Positions 15,354 through 24,862 of a DNA stretch of 35,651 nt are shown in pieces (positions within the stretch are counted from its first letter, which is position 1; each line of letters starts with the position of its first letter). Source of the DNA: Candidatus Eiseniibacteriota bacterium (GTDB taxonomy: Bacteria > Eisenbacteria > RBG-16-71-46 > DASYSL01); contig JBKJJJ010000005.1 in assembly GCA_046598045.1 (NCBI GenBank), forward strand, positions 1-35,651. Direction: 5' to 3'. The notes beneath the pieces are model-generated. The model was given only the letters and a program-made list of their open reading frames with translations, ran no database searches and was not told the DNA's origin. A program made the translations under genes and the position numbers.

Positions 15354-18137
15354 TTAGGGCGTGGCGCTGGTCGTCGCCGTCGCGGTCTGGGTTGGCGCGG
15401 CCAGCACTCCGGCGCCGCGCGGGGCGGCATCGCGCTGCGCCTCGAGCGCGCGCTTCGCCCGGGCCCTCAGCTCCATCAGGTGTGCGCGCACGGTGTCGGA
15501 CTTCGGCATCGGCACGACTAGGTCCCGCTGGCAGGTGTCGGCGATACGCGTCAGGTGAAGGCGCGCGAGCGCCACCGCGTCCTCCGGGATCCCCGGCGTC
15601 GTGCCGGTCACCATGTCGGAGAGGCGGTCGACGTAGTTGCGTTGCAGCTCGCGGCGCGGCATCGGGCCGTCGAGCGCGGTCAGCTTCGCCGGGCCGGCGA
15701 CGCCGAGCTCGCTCATGATCGAGTTCGTCAGGTTCGCAAACACGTCCTGCACGCGGAACGGATGTGCCACCCGCGTCTCCTGCTCCCTCAGGCGGGCAAG
15801 CAGGCTCGGGTCGAGCAGGCCGCCGAGCGTGACCGTCTGGATCTGCAACACGCGCGTGACGAACGGGTAGTCCTGGCGGCCGTAGGCGAACAGGTTGTTG
15901 CCCCAGTCGAAGTTCTGCTCCTTGCCGATCTTCGAGAGCACGGCCGGAGCGATGTCGAACGCCGTCGGCGCGAATGCGCGCTCGGCCAGGAAGGTCATCG
16001 CGTCCTTCTGCTCGGCCGCCGGGATCGGCGTGAACGGCGCAGGCGCGCCCGGATCGCCCTTGTGCGCCTTCGACGCGAACTGGCCGCCGATGTACTTGCG
16101 GGCGTGCGACAGGCCGCGCGCGTACTGCAGCAGCATCGAGTCCATTCCGCGTCGCAGCGCGAGGTAGGAGTCGTCGTCCTTCATGAGCTTCGACTCGATC
16201 TGCGGGTCGGCCCACAGCTTCGACACGTAGGTCACGCGGTCCTTGCTGAACGCCAGCGGATCGTCGCCCAGGTCGAAGATGTTGCAGCGCGGATCGAGCG
16301 CGTCGGCGGGGTAGGTGTCCTCGTCGGTCGCGTAGTAGTTCCCGGGCAGGGCCGATTCGCGCGCGATCGGCTCGACCGCCTTGTAGTCGTCCTCCGCGTT
16401 GGTCGCGCCGGACGGCTTGTAGCCGTACGTGATCGCCCACAGGTCGTAGGTGCCGACCGTCGGCGAGAAGTACTGGGCCTGCGTCGCCGGGTCCGACGAC
16501 ACGTTCGGCGTGTCGTAGTCCATGATCGAGCCGGTCATGCCGTTCTCGGCGATCCACGCGCGGTCGTGCAGCTTCGCGCGTGGCACCGAGGCGCTCGACT
16601 TGAAGTTGTGGCGCAGCCCGAGCGTGTGGCCGACCTCGTGCATGGTCACGGACTTGAGGCCGGCGCCCAGGAACTCCTTTGGCACCGGCTGGCCGGGCGG
16701 AAGCAGGCCGTCGAGGTGCATCGCGGTGGTGAGGAACGCACCCTCGTCCGCCATGCCGCGGCCGGCCTCGCAGGCGAAGCGCCCGTCGAGGCCCTGCACC
16801 TCGAGATCGGCCGGCGGCATGCCCATCATCTCCTGCACGGTCTCGGGGCCGACCCAGCGGCGGTAATTGTTCGAGTAGCCGACGACCATCGAACCCTCCA
16901 CCAGGATGTCGGCGTTCAGGATCTGGCCCGTGCGCGGATCGGTCTGGCTCGGGCCGATCGCGCCGAAGCCCGGCTCGGACGAGGTGATCCAGCGGATGGT
17001 TGAATAGCGCGCGTCCTCGGCGTCCCAGTTCGGGTCGTTCGGCTGGTCCTTCGCGAGGATCGCGTTCTTGAAACCCGCCTTCTCGAACGCCTTGTTCCAC
17101 TCCTCGATGCCGGCCTTGATGTACGGGCGCCATTCCACCGGGATCGTGTTCTCGAGGTAGTAGACGATCGGCTCCTTGGGCTCGGAGAGCGCGGCCGTAG
17201 GGTCCTTCTTCTCGAGCTTCCAGCGATTGATATAGCGCACCCAGTAGTCGTCCTTCGAGTCGCGGCTCATGTCCTTGTAGGCATCGAGGAAGTAGCCGAC
17301 GCGGTCGTCGACCAGGCGCGGCACCATGGGCTCCCTGGGCAGCTCGAGGAAGCTGTAGTGCACGCTGATCGGCACGTAACGAGCATCGGGCACCGTGCTC
17401 AGGTTCACGTTGTCGCGGTCATTGGGCGTGAACGTGAGCAGCGCCTCGACCTCCATGTTCTTCGGGAACGCCTTGTGCGAGCTGAGCGCGGAGCGTTCCT
17501 TGTCGAAGCGGAAGCCCTTGATCGAGATCGCGCGCATGCGGGTCGAGATGTCGAGCGCGTCGCTGACGAAGAACGGGGCCATGTCGATCAGCACCGTCGA
17601 GTCCTTCTCACTCTCGATCTTGAACGACTGCAGGACCGAGTTGCCGAACGTCAGCGCGACCGCGCGCTTGTACGAGGAGTCGGGGCCGTTCGAGATGATC
17701 CTCGACTGCGGGACCGTCAGGAAGATGTGGTCGCCCTGTCGCTCGAACCGCATCAACCCGTCCGTGACCGGCAAACCTCCGAGCTGGCCGGCGAGTCCGA
17801 TGCCCTTCGCGTACGACGCGTTGAGCAGGAACGGAACCCCGAGCTGGTTCTTGGGGATCTCCCAGTAGACGTTCTCGCGCTTGGTCCAGGAGTTGAACAT
17901 GCCCTCCTTGCGGGTCGCGTCCTTGGTCAGCTTGCTCCAGTCGGTGAACGGCGATTCGGGCGTGCCGCCCGATTTTGCGTCCTTCTTGTCGTCGCTCTTC
18001 GTAGGGCCATTGTTGCCCGGAGGCGCGCCGTCCGGCATCGGCTTGTTGGACTTGGCGAAGGCGGGCGACGGGCCCACGCTGGCGGCGACCACGAGCGCGA
18101 TTCCGAGGGCGCGCGCGACGAAAGCAGGGAGCGACAT
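15354..18137 (-). CDS. Large secreted zinc-dependent metalloprotease (metzincin; DUF5117/DUF5118/DUF4953-type architecture)
   Basis: GGAGGAA Shine-Dalgarno before MSLPAF; signal peptide ending AFA; PR..D.RVGYF, YINRW.LEK, W..AFEKAGFKNAI, DPRTGQIL.ADI, HEVGHTLGLRHNF and Met-turn SIMDY. Confidence 0.92.
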   Translation of the reverse strand: MSLPAFVARALGIALVVAASVGPSPAFAKSNKPMPDGAPPGNNGPTKSDDKKDAKSGGTPESPFTDWSKLTKDATRKEGMFNSWTKRENVYWEIPKNQLGVPFLLNASYAKGIGLAGQLGGLPVTDGLMRFERQGDHIFLTVPQSRIISNGPDSSYKRAVALTFGNSVLQSFKIESEKDSTVLIDMAPFFVSDALDISTRMRAISIKGFRFDKERSALSSHKAFPKNMEVEALLTFTPNDRDNVNLSTVPDARYVPISVHYSFLELPREPMVPRLVDDRVGYFLDAYKDMSRDSKDDYWVRYINRWKLEKKDPTAALSEPKEPIVYYLENTIPVEWRPYIKAGIEEWNKAFEKAGFKNAILAKDQPNDPNWDAEDARYSTIRWITSSEPGFGAIGPSQTDPRTGQILNADILVEGSMVVGYSNNYRRWVGPETVQEMMGMPPADLEVQGLDGRFACEAGRGMADEGAFLTTAMHLDGLLPPGQPVPKEFLGAGLKSVTMHEVGHTLGLRHNFKSSASVPRAKLHDRAWIAENGMTGSIMDYDTPNVSSDPATQAQYFSPTVGTYDLWAITYGYKPSGATNAEDDYKAVEPIARESALPGNYYATDEDTYPADALDPRCNIFDLGDDPLAFSKDRVTYVSKLWADPQIESKLMKDDDSYLALRRGMDSMLLQYARGLSHARKYIGGQFASKAHKGDPGAPAPFTPIPAAEQKDAMTFLAERAFAPTAFDIAPAVLSKIGKEQNFDWGNNLFAYGRQDYPFVTRVLQIQTVTLGGLLDPSLLARLREQETRVAHPFRVQDVFANLTNSIMSELGVAGPAKLTALDGPMPRRELQRNYVDRLSDMVTGTTPGIPEDAVALARLHLTRIADTCQRDLVVPMPKSDTVRAHLMELRARAKRALEAQRDAAPRGAGVLAAPTQTATATTSATP

Positions 18138-18334
18138 GAAGACTTCCTCCTGGAGGAGCGGCGGGTCCGGATTGGCAGGCACGAGCGTCCAATGCGATGC
18201 GGGGCTAGGGGACCGCATTGCCCGGGAACGGTCAAGAGATTTGGCTGGTCCGGCCCCGTGGTAACTTGCAAAATAAACGTATCTTGCGTGCCTGACGCTG
18301 TTCGCATTCCCGCTCATGCCGGAGGATGGTACCC

Positions 18335-18946
18335 ATGCCCTCGCGATTTCGCACGCGTCGACTCGCCTACGTGTTCGTCGCCCTGATCCTTACCTCCGGC
18401 GCGTCTGCCTGCGCGCGCGCCGTGCGGGCCGGCCCCGCCACCGCGAGGCTCGCGGGCGGCCCGGCCGCCGCCGATGCCGTTGCGCGCGGCAAGTGGCTCG
18501 TGACCGTGCTCGGATGCGGCGATTGCCACACCCCGCGCCTGCCCGAAGGCCGCCAGGACCCGAACTACCTGTTCGCGGGCCACAAGGCCGGCGATCCCTA
18601 TCCGGCGTGGGACGACTCGCTGTACACCAGGGGTTACGGAATGCTGGTCTCGACCAGCGGCACCGCGTTCGCCGGTCCGTGGGGCGTCACGTTCGCGCGC
18701 AACCTGACGCCCGACAAGTCGACGGGGATCGGGGGCTGGAACGACGAGGCGTTCATCAACGTGCTGCGCGAGGGCACGCTCAAGCCGCCGATGCCGGGCA
18801 CCTACGGCGAGCTGGCGGACGACGACCTCAAGGCGATGTACGCCTACTTCGCGTCGCTCAAGCCGGTGAACAACCTGGTGCCTTTCCGCCAGCTCACGCC
18901 GCCGCGGTTGCCCGGGGAGATTCCCGGCCGGAAGGCCAAATCGTGA
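18335..18946 (+). CDS. Exported monoheme c-type cytochrome
   Basis: GGAGGA Shine-Dalgarno; signal or possible lipoprotein peptide; RGKWLV....CGDCHTP, GPWG..FA.NLTPD..TGIG.W, PPMP distal Met. Confidence 0.88.
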   Translation: MPSRFRTRRLAYVFVALILTSGASACARAVRAGPATARLAGGPAAADAVARGKWLVTVLGCGDCHTPRLPEGRQDPNYLFAGHKAGDPYPAWDDSLYTRGYGMLVSTSGTAFAGPWGVTFARNLTPDKSTGIGGWNDEAFINVLREGTLKPPMPGTYGELADDDLKAMYAYFASLKPVNNLVPFRQLTPPRLPGEIPGRKAKS

Positions 18947-20895
18947 TGGTGTTCCGGCGCACGCTTCCGTTCCTCTCGCTAACGTTCACGTTCGCGCTGT
19001 GCGTCGCGCTCGCGGCCGCGCTCCCGGCGTCCGCGCAGGGGCCCGGTGCGCCGCCGCCGCCTGCGGCCGAGTTGGTCAAGCTCGATGCCCCCGAACCGGT
19101 CACGCTCGCGCCCGGCGGCACGGCGCACGTTCGGCTCCGCTTCCACGTGCGCGCGACCTGGCACATCAACGCGCACCAGCCGAACGAGGACTTCCTCGTG
19201 CCCACCGCGCTGTCGTTCACGCCGGCGGGGGGCGTCAAAGCCGGGGCGCCCGTCTACCCGAAGGCGACCGAGGCCAAGCTCGCGTTCTCCGACACGCCGC
19301 TCGCGGTCTACGAGGGCGCCTTCGAGATCGAGGTCCCGCTGACCGCGGCGGCCGACGCGGCGCCCGGGGCGCACGCGCTCGCGGGCACGCTGCGCTTTCA
19401 GTCGTGCAACGACCAGGTGTGCCTTCCGCCCGCCTCGATCCCCGTGCGCATTCCGCTGCGCGTCGAGGGCGTTGTGGCGTCCCTGCCCGCGACCGCGTCC
19501 CAGCCCGAGTCGCTGACCGCGCCGTCGGCGAGCACGACGACCGCGCCGCTCCTCTCCGAGCCCACCGCCGTGCCGCCGGCATCCGGCGTCGCGGGCGGCG
19601 CGGGCGGCGTGGCCGCTCCGATCGGGAACGACCTGGTCGCGCGCTGGTTCGCGGAGCGCGGCTCGCTGTTCGCATTCCTGCTGATCTTCCTGATGGGGCT
19701 CGCGCTCAACCTCACGCCGTGCGTCTACCCGATGATGGGCGTGACGATCTCGCTCTTCGGCGGAGGCGTCGGCGGCAGCGGAGGCGTCGGCGGCAGCGGC
19801 AGCGCCATGGGATCGCCCCCCGCAGGCGGCATCAGGGCGCTGCCGCGCGCGCTCGTCTACGTGCTCGGGATCGCGCTCATGTACAGCACGCTCGGCGTGA
19901 TCGCCGCGCTCACCGGCGGGCTGTTCGGCGGCTGGCTCGCGAACCCGTGGGTGCTCGGCGCGATCGGCCTCCTGCTGCTCGCGATGGCGCTCTCGATGTT
20001 CGGGCTCTACGAGATGACCGCGCCCAGCGCGCTGCTGTCGAAACTCGGCGGCGCCGCGGGCGCGAGCCTGTTCGGCACGTTCCTCGCGGGCCTGCTGGTC
20101 GGGGTGTTCGCCGCCCCGTGCATCGGACCGCCGATCATCGCGCTGCTCGCGTTCGTCGGCGCGAAGGGCGATCCCTGGTTCGGGTTCTGGGCGTTCTTCG
20201 TGCTGTCGATGGGGCTCGGGCTGCCCTACCTCGTGCTCGGCATCTCGACCGGGCTGATCACGCGCCTGCCGCGCTCGGGCTCGTGGATGGAGTGGGTCAA
20301 GCACCTGTTCGGCGTGATCCTGCTCGGTGTAGCGGCGTTCTACCTATGCCTCGCGATCGCGCCGTCGAAGCTCGAGTGGGTCGTGCCCCTCGCCCTCGGC
20401 GTGGGCGGTCTCTACCTCGGGTTCTTCGAGCCCACCGGGCGCGACCGGCCGGCGTTCCGGCGCTTCAAGTGGGCGGTCGGGGTCGCCGGCATCGTCGCGG
20501 CCGCGCTGGTGTGGTTCGGCCGGCCCGCGCCCGCCGTGACATGGGAGCCGTACAGCGACGCCGCGGTCGCGCAGGCGCGCGTAGAGGGCCGTCCGGTCGT
20601 GCTCGACTTCGGCGCCGATTGGTGCGTGCCGTGCCACGAGTTGGAGAACAGCACGTTCACCAACCGCGCCGTCGCCGAGGCGCTCGAGCCATTCACGCGT
20701 CTCAAGGTCGATCTCACGCGCGACGACGCGCCGGACGTGGTCACGTTGCGCGCGCGCTACGCGATCACGGGCGTGCCCACGATCCTGTTCCTCGGCCCCG
20801 ATGGGCGCGAAGTTCCCGGCGCACGCGTCGTCGGCTTCCTGGCTCCCGCTCCCTTCATCGAGCGTGTGCGCATCGCGAGGGCCGCCGCTTCGTAG
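18946..20895 (+). CDS. dsbD: Thiol:disulfide interchange protein DsbD (alpha, beta and gamma domains)
   Basis: Coupled to the cytochrome stop (TGATG); N-domain QSCNDQVC; TM domain NLTPCVYP and APCIGP, LPRSG.WM..VK; thioredoxin domain DF.ADWCVPC. Confidence 0.9.
   Translation: MVFRRTLPFLSLTFTFALCVALAAALPASAQGPGAPPPPAAELVKLDAPEPVTLAPGGTAHVRLRFHVRATWHINAHQPNEDFLVPTALSFTPAGGVKAGAPVYPKATEAKLAFSDTPLAVYEGAFEIEVPLTAAADAAPGAHALAGTLRFQSCNDQVCLPPASIPVRIPLRVEGVVASLPATASQPESLTAPSASTTTAPLLSEPTAVPPASGVAGGAGGVAAPIGNDLVARWFAERGSLFAFLLIFLMGLALNLTPCVYPMMGVTISLFGGGVGGSGGVGGSGSAMGSPPAGGIRALPRALVYVLGIALMYSTLGVIAALTGGLFGGWLANPWVLGAIGLLLLAMALSMFGLYEMTAPSALLSKLGGAAGASLFGTFLAGLLVGVFAAPCIGPPIIALLAFVGAKGDPWFGFWAFFVLSMGLGLPYLVLGISTGLITRLPRSGSWMEWVKHLFGVILLGVAAFYLCLAIAPSKLEWVVPLALGVGGLYLGFFEPTGRDRPAFRRFKWAVGVAGIVAAALVWFGRPAPAVTWEPYSDAAVAQARVEGRPVVLDFGADWCVPCHELENSTFTNRAVAEALEPFTRLKVDLTRDDAPDVVTLRARYAITGVPTILFLGPDGREVPGARVVGFLAPAPFIERVRIARAAAS
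19761..19796 (+). repeat. Exact 18-bp tandem duplication within dsbD, producing a Gly/Ser loop insertion
   Basis: CGGAGGCGTCGGCGGCAG occurs twice in tandem. Confidence 0.85.
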
Positions 20896-20975
20896 GCCGG
20901 AAGTCCTGGGGTCGTGCGCTACGACTTCGACGACGGGGAGGCTGCGCGCGCGCTGGTCACGCTGCTCGAGCGAAT

Positions 20976-21659
20976 CTAGCGCCCCAACAACCCCGACACG
21001 CCGTCCATCAGCGCATGCCCGACGATGCCCGGCCCGAGCCGCCGCGTCAGCAGCGCGACGGTGCCGAACCCGAGTCCGATCGCCGTGATCACGAGCACCG
21101 GCGCGAGGCCCTGGTAGGCGTGTCCGAGTCCGAACACGATCGAGCTCGCCAACAGCCCGCGTCCCCTGCCGCCGAACCACGCCGAGAACTGGCGGAGCAT
21201 GTAGCCGCGGAACACGAACTCCTCGCAGATCCCCGCCGAGATCGACACCAGGATCCAGAGCGCGCTCTCGAGGGCTCCGTGTGGCCTCACGGCGGCGAGC
21301 GTACGCGCGTCGTCGGCGTGAACCGGCATGCCCACCGCGCCGAGCAGGAGCTTGACCCCCTCGCCGAGGAAGCCGATCGACGCCCACGCAAGGACTCCCC
21401 CGAAGAGCGCGAAGGCCCACGCCTTCCGGGAGCGCAGGCGGTCGCCGAAAATTTCGCCGATCGGCGTGCCGGCCCGGACGAGCCCGACCAGCGTGTAACG
21501 AAAGAGCATCCACTCCGAGACCAGCGCCGCGAGGTAGAAGGGCACGCGGTTCAGCGCGGGCCCGGCCGCCTTCGCCGCGTTGAGAGCGCCGAGCGCGGCG
21601 ATGGCCGCGAAGATCCCGAGCAGGATGACCGTGTGCCGCGTCGAGGCGACGGGCTTCAT
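20976..21659 (-). CDS. CPBP (CAAX/Abi) family intramembrane glutamic endopeptidase
   Basis: AGICEEFVFRGY, FGLGHAYQG, H...D motifs; multiple TM segments; ATGA overlap with the glycosyltransferase stop. Confidence 0.9.
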   Translation of the reverse strand: MKPVASTRHTVILLGIFAAIAALGALNAAKAAGPALNRVPFYLAALVSEWMLFRYTLVGLVRAGTPIGEIFGDRLRSRKAWAFALFGGVLAWASIGFLGEGVKLLLGAVGMPVHADDARTLAAVRPHGALESALWILVSISAGICEEFVFRGYMLRQFSAWFGGRGRGLLASSIVFGLGHAYQGLAPVLVITAIGLGFGTVALLTRRLGPGIVGHALMDGVSGLLGR

Positions 21660-22987
21660 GGTCGTGTCGCCCCTGGCCAGGGCTGGACCAGGTGGTCCAA
21701 TACACCGGCCAACTCGGCGGTCAGTCCTTTGCGTGTACGGCCAGACAGCAGGCGCTCGATCGCCGGCAGGTCGGGCAGCGGCGCTCCCGGCGTGGCGAAG
21801 ACGGCCGCGAGCGCCGCATCGAGCGCGGCGTCGCCTTGGTCCGGGGCGAACAGCCGGGCGCCGGCTTCGCGCGCGAGCTCGGCGGCGTCGCCGCCATCGA
21901 CCATCGCAACCAGCGGGCGTCGGGCGTCGAGGTACTCGTAGAGCTTCCCCGGGATCATCGCCCGGTAGCCGGGGCCCTCATTGCGCGCGAACAGCAATAC
22001 CGCGGCGGCGCGCTGCAGCGCACGCGCCTCGGCATGCGGGAGGGGGCCCGGCAGTGCGACCACGCGCTCGAGCCGCGCGGCGCGCACGCGCTCGGCGATT
22101 TCTGGATCGTGCGGCCCGGCGAACACGACCTCGATCTGGCCGGAGAGCGCGGGGTGGCTTGTGAGCCGGCGGGCGAGCGCCTGGAGAAACGCCAGCAGCG
22201 CCGGCATCTCGCTGAGCGATCCGGTGGCGACGATGCGCGGGCGCGAGCGCGAGGCGGCCGGGGCGGCCGAAGCGGGCGGGGGGGCGGACGGCGGGGCGGA
22301 CGGCGGATCGGTTTCGATCCCGTTCGGCAGGAAGAGCACACGCCCCTCGGCCGAGGCCCCGAGCTCGCGCAGGGCCTGTTGCTCGTGGGCGCGCGAGGCG
22401 CACAGCACGCGGTCCGCGCGCTCGAGGACGCGGCGCTCCATCGCGCGGTGCAGCCAGGCGTGGAACGGCGTCGACGGGCGCCGGTAATGCAGCCCGACCC
22501 ACGGATCGCGAAAGTCCGCGACCCACGGCACGCGGCCGGCATGCGCGAGCGCCTCGCCGACCTGGTGCGCGGTCTCGGGCGGCGAGGTCGACAGCACGAG
22601 GTCGATGTCGCCCACCGCGAGGCGCTGCTTGCCGGCCCGGATCGCCGGCCCCGCCCACGCCCGGTACGAATCGGGCACGAGCAGGAAGCGCGCGAGCGAG
22701 CGCAATGCGCCGCCCTTGCCCCTGCCCGCTGCCGGCTGCGCGCGCAGCGGGGCGACGCGCGCCCAAGCGTCCACGCGGAGCACCTCGGTTTCAGCCGGCA
22801 CGTGCGCGAGCAGCGAATCGTCGACCACGCCGTGGCCGGATGGGCCGGCGGCGAGCACGGTCACATTCCAGCCGAACGCCGGCAGGTGGCGCGCCCATGC
22901 GAGCGCGCGGTGGACGCCGCCGCCGCCATGCGGCGGAAAGAAGTGCGACACGATGAGGACCCGGTGCATGTCGCGCATCTTACTCAC
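21656..22987 (-). CDS. Glycosyltransferase family 4 (GT-B)
   Basis: VLIVSHFFPP.GGGGV.R, TSPP...H, PWVADFRDPW, PNG, IPGKLYEYL; the true start may be 22978 or 22969. Confidence 0.9.
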   Translation of the reverse strand: MSKMRDMHRVLIVSHFFPPHGGGGVHRALAWARHLPAFGWNVTVLAAGPSGHGVVDDSLLAHVPAETEVLRVDAWARVAPLRAQPAAGRGKGGALRSLARFLLVPDSYRAWAGPAIRAGKQRLAVGDIDLVLSTSPPETAHQVGEALAHAGRVPWVADFRDPWVGLHYRRPSTPFHAWLHRAMERRVLERADRVLCASRAHEQQALRELGASAEGRVLFLPNGIETDPPSAPPSAPPPASAAPAASRSRPRIVATGSLSEMPALLAFLQALARRLTSHPALSGQIEVVFAGPHDPEIAERVRAARLERVVALPGPLPHAEARALQRAAAVLLFARNEGPGYRAMIPGKLYEYLDARRPLVAMVDGGDAAELAREAGARLFAPDQGDAALDAALAAVFATPGAPLPDLPAIERLLSGRTRKGLTAELAGVLDHLVQPWPGATRP

Positions 22988-23006
22988 TCGTCTTCTTCAG
23001 CCGCCG

Positions 23007-23047
23007 AAAAAGAGCGAGGGCCCTCTCCGTGAGGAGAAGGCCCTCGG
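23007..23047 (-). terminator. Intrinsic terminator of the HU gene
   Basis: Minus strand CGAGGGCCTTCTCC-TCAC-GGAGAGGGCCCTCG followed by CTCTTTTT. Confidence 0.85.
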
Positions 23048-23067
23048 GTCGCTCGTTCCGGGACGTC

Positions 23068-23367
23068 TTACCGGGTGCCGACCGCTTCCTTCGCGGCCTT
23101 CGCAATGCGGAACTTGAGGACCGTCTTGGCAGGAATCTTGATGGGCTCGCCGGTCTGCGGATTGCGGCCCATGCGCTCCTTGCGCTTCACGATGACGAGC
23201 TTGCCGATGCCCGGAAGCGTGAAGCCACGCTTGGCCTCGCGGTACGCGAGCTTCGCGATCACTTCGAGGACCTGCGCTCCAGCCTTCTTGGTCATTTCGA
23301 ACTCTTGCGCGATGTGAGCGGCGATCTGCGCCTTCGACATCGGACGAGCTGCGGTCTTTCCGGCCAT
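23068..23367 (-). CDS. hup: HU-family DNA-binding protein
   Basis: MSKAQI...IA, FTLPGIGKL....RKERMGRNPQTGEPIKIPAKTVLKFR; GGGAGA Shine-Dalgarno. Confidence 0.95.
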   Translation of the reverse strand: MAGKTAARPMSKAQIAAHIAQEFEMTKKAGAQVLEVIAKLAYREAKRGFTLPGIGKLVIVKRKERMGRNPQTGEPIKIPAKTVLKFRIAKAAKEAVGTR

Positions 23368-23517
23368 TCAGGTTCTCCCTTGGGGGCTCTCGGCCCCGAA
23401 AAGTCCGAACTTGCGGGGGCTTGTCCGGGCCGTTGAATCCGCAAGAGGACTCTTTCCGTTTCAGCCGCCGCGCGTTCCGTAGCGCGGATCGACTGTTCCA
23501 CCATCCCGGACGTCCGC

Positions 23518-23546
23518 ATTCTGTGGATCCTCCCGGCCATGTGCAA
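23518..23546 (-). promoter_or_regulatory. Sigma70-type promoter candidate for hup
   Basis: Minus strand TTGCAC-N17-CAGAAT, preceded by a T-tract (possible UP element). Confidence 0.5.
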
Positions 23547-23914
23547 CAAAAACTGCATGGATGGCGCACTAATTTGAGGTGGCCCCGCCGAGGCCGCATG
23601 TCCCTTGGGCGGGGTGCCCCCCCGGGTTGGGGGCCCCCATCCCGGCCCGGCAGGCCGCGCACTTTGGGGGATTGGTCAGCAAGGGGCCTCCGACAATTTC
23701 CTGCGCGATGGACCGGCCTATGGGGTGGTCAGCCATATTCCATGCGCCATGACGCAGTTTTACGGTATATCATACAGAGTATGCAACGGAACGCCTCTCG
23801 GGGCCACCAAGTCGCACAAGCGGCCTGGCGCGGGGTCCGGGGGGATTCCGTTAAGTCCTTGCACAAGTTTTGATTATGAAACCCATGATCGGCGAGGGAG
23901 GGGGGCGAACCGGA

Positions 23915-23942
23915 TTGACACCCTTGCGGCGGCGGTTAGGCT
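23915..23942 (+). promoter_or_regulatory. Sigma70-type promoter of the first OMP gene
   Basis: TTGACA-N16-TAGGCT. Confidence 0.65.
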
Positions 23943-24009
23943 GAAGCGGGTCCAAAACGTCATGGCGACCCCGGACCGAACAAGCGACCCGAAATCGGAG
24001 GAGGAGCAC

Positions 24010-24669
24010 ATGTCAGTCCAGACTCGCGGCGCAGCGCTTTTCGCCCTCGTTCTCCCGCTGGTCCTCTGCGCCGGAGCGGCGCATGCAGACCGGGGGCAAT
24101 GGTCGATCGGCGGAAACTTCGGCGTTGGGATCTACTCGGGCGGATCGTTCAATGACTCCCTCGAGGCGCTGGGGTACAAGCAGGTCAAGGACGGCCGCGA
24201 GTTCGGGGGGTCGATCCGATACGGCGTCTCCCCCCGGCTCTCGATCGACTACGAAGTGCTGACCCTCAACGGCAAGGGTACGACCGACTCCGTCACGCCG
24301 AAGGTCGTGGCCGAGGCCAACGGCATCGCCACTCCGATCAACCTCTACTACGAGTTGACGAGGAACGACGCGTACCGCTTCAGTCTCTTTGGCGGTGCGG
24401 GGCCGATGTTCAAGACCGGATGGTCGGTCGAGCAGGACACGACGGAGTTCAAGGCCAAGCAGAAGACGACGTTGTATGCCCATGTCGGCTTCGAGGGCCA
24501 GGTGATGGCCGGCAAGCGCTTCGCCTTCACCAGTCGCGCGCTTGGGCGATACGCCCGGGCCAAGGACGTCGAGCAGGACACGGATCCCAGCACCAAGCTG
24601 GGAGTCTCGTTGAGCGGCTTCGCATTTTCGATCGGGTTACGCGCGTATTTCGGCCATTCCGGCTACTAG
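24010..24669 (+). CDS. Outer-membrane beta-barrel protein (paralogue 1)
   Basis: GGAGGAGGAG Shine-Dalgarno; signal peptide ending AHA; amphipathic strands, FGGAGP motif, C-terminal SIGLRAYF. Confidence 0.82.
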   Translation: MSVQTRGAALFALVLPLVLCAGAAHADRGQWSIGGNFGVGIYSGGSFNDSLEALGYKQVKDGREFGGSIRYGVSPRLSIDYEVLTLNGKGTTDSVTPKVVAEANGIATPINLYYELTRNDAYRFSLFGGAGPMFKTGWSVEQDTTEFKAKQKTTLYAHVGFEGQVMAGKRFAFTSRALGRYARAKDVEQDTDPSTKLGVSLSGFAFSIGLRAYFGHSGY

Positions 24670-24699
24670 AACGACGGCCCGGGTCGCCTCATCCCCGGG

Positions 24700-24727
24700 T
24701 TGACACCGGCCCGCGATCCGATACCCT
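24700..24727 (+). promoter_or_regulatory. Sigma70-type promoter of the second OMP gene
   Basis: TTGACA-N16-TACCCT. Confidence 0.55.
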
Positions 24728-24862
24728 CGCGAGGTCCGGTCGGGTCCAATCGCCCGGAATGCAGGTCCCCGTGGTCGGTGGAGCCAGTTTCGGCAGCCGG
24801 CCATGATTTCGAGGTCCCACGGCAGGCCGTTCCCACGGGTCTGCCGTCCCAAGGAGGGATTC

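Noticed and set aside
20976..21659. The CPBP/Abi gene as an anti-phage abortive-infection system
   Set aside because: The 'Abi' name for this protease family does not imply phage defence, and there is no defence-island context
18999..21941. Very long alternative-frame or antisense ORFs (980 aa here; also 31209-34397, 14938-17133, 26395-28422, 13449-15065)
   Set aside because: Arg/Ala/Gly/Pro-rich shadow frames overlapping well-supported genes; expected from stop-codon scarcity at this GC content, with no motifs or Shine-Dalgarno sites
23605..24009. ORF-track N-terminal extensions (OMP 1 from 23605; also efp from 4055, dsbD from 18316, yceI from 7327, peptidase from 8446, metzincin from 18317)
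   Set aside because: Downstream starts have Shine-Dalgarno sites, signal peptides or family-typical N-termini, and the extensions overlap promoters or other genes
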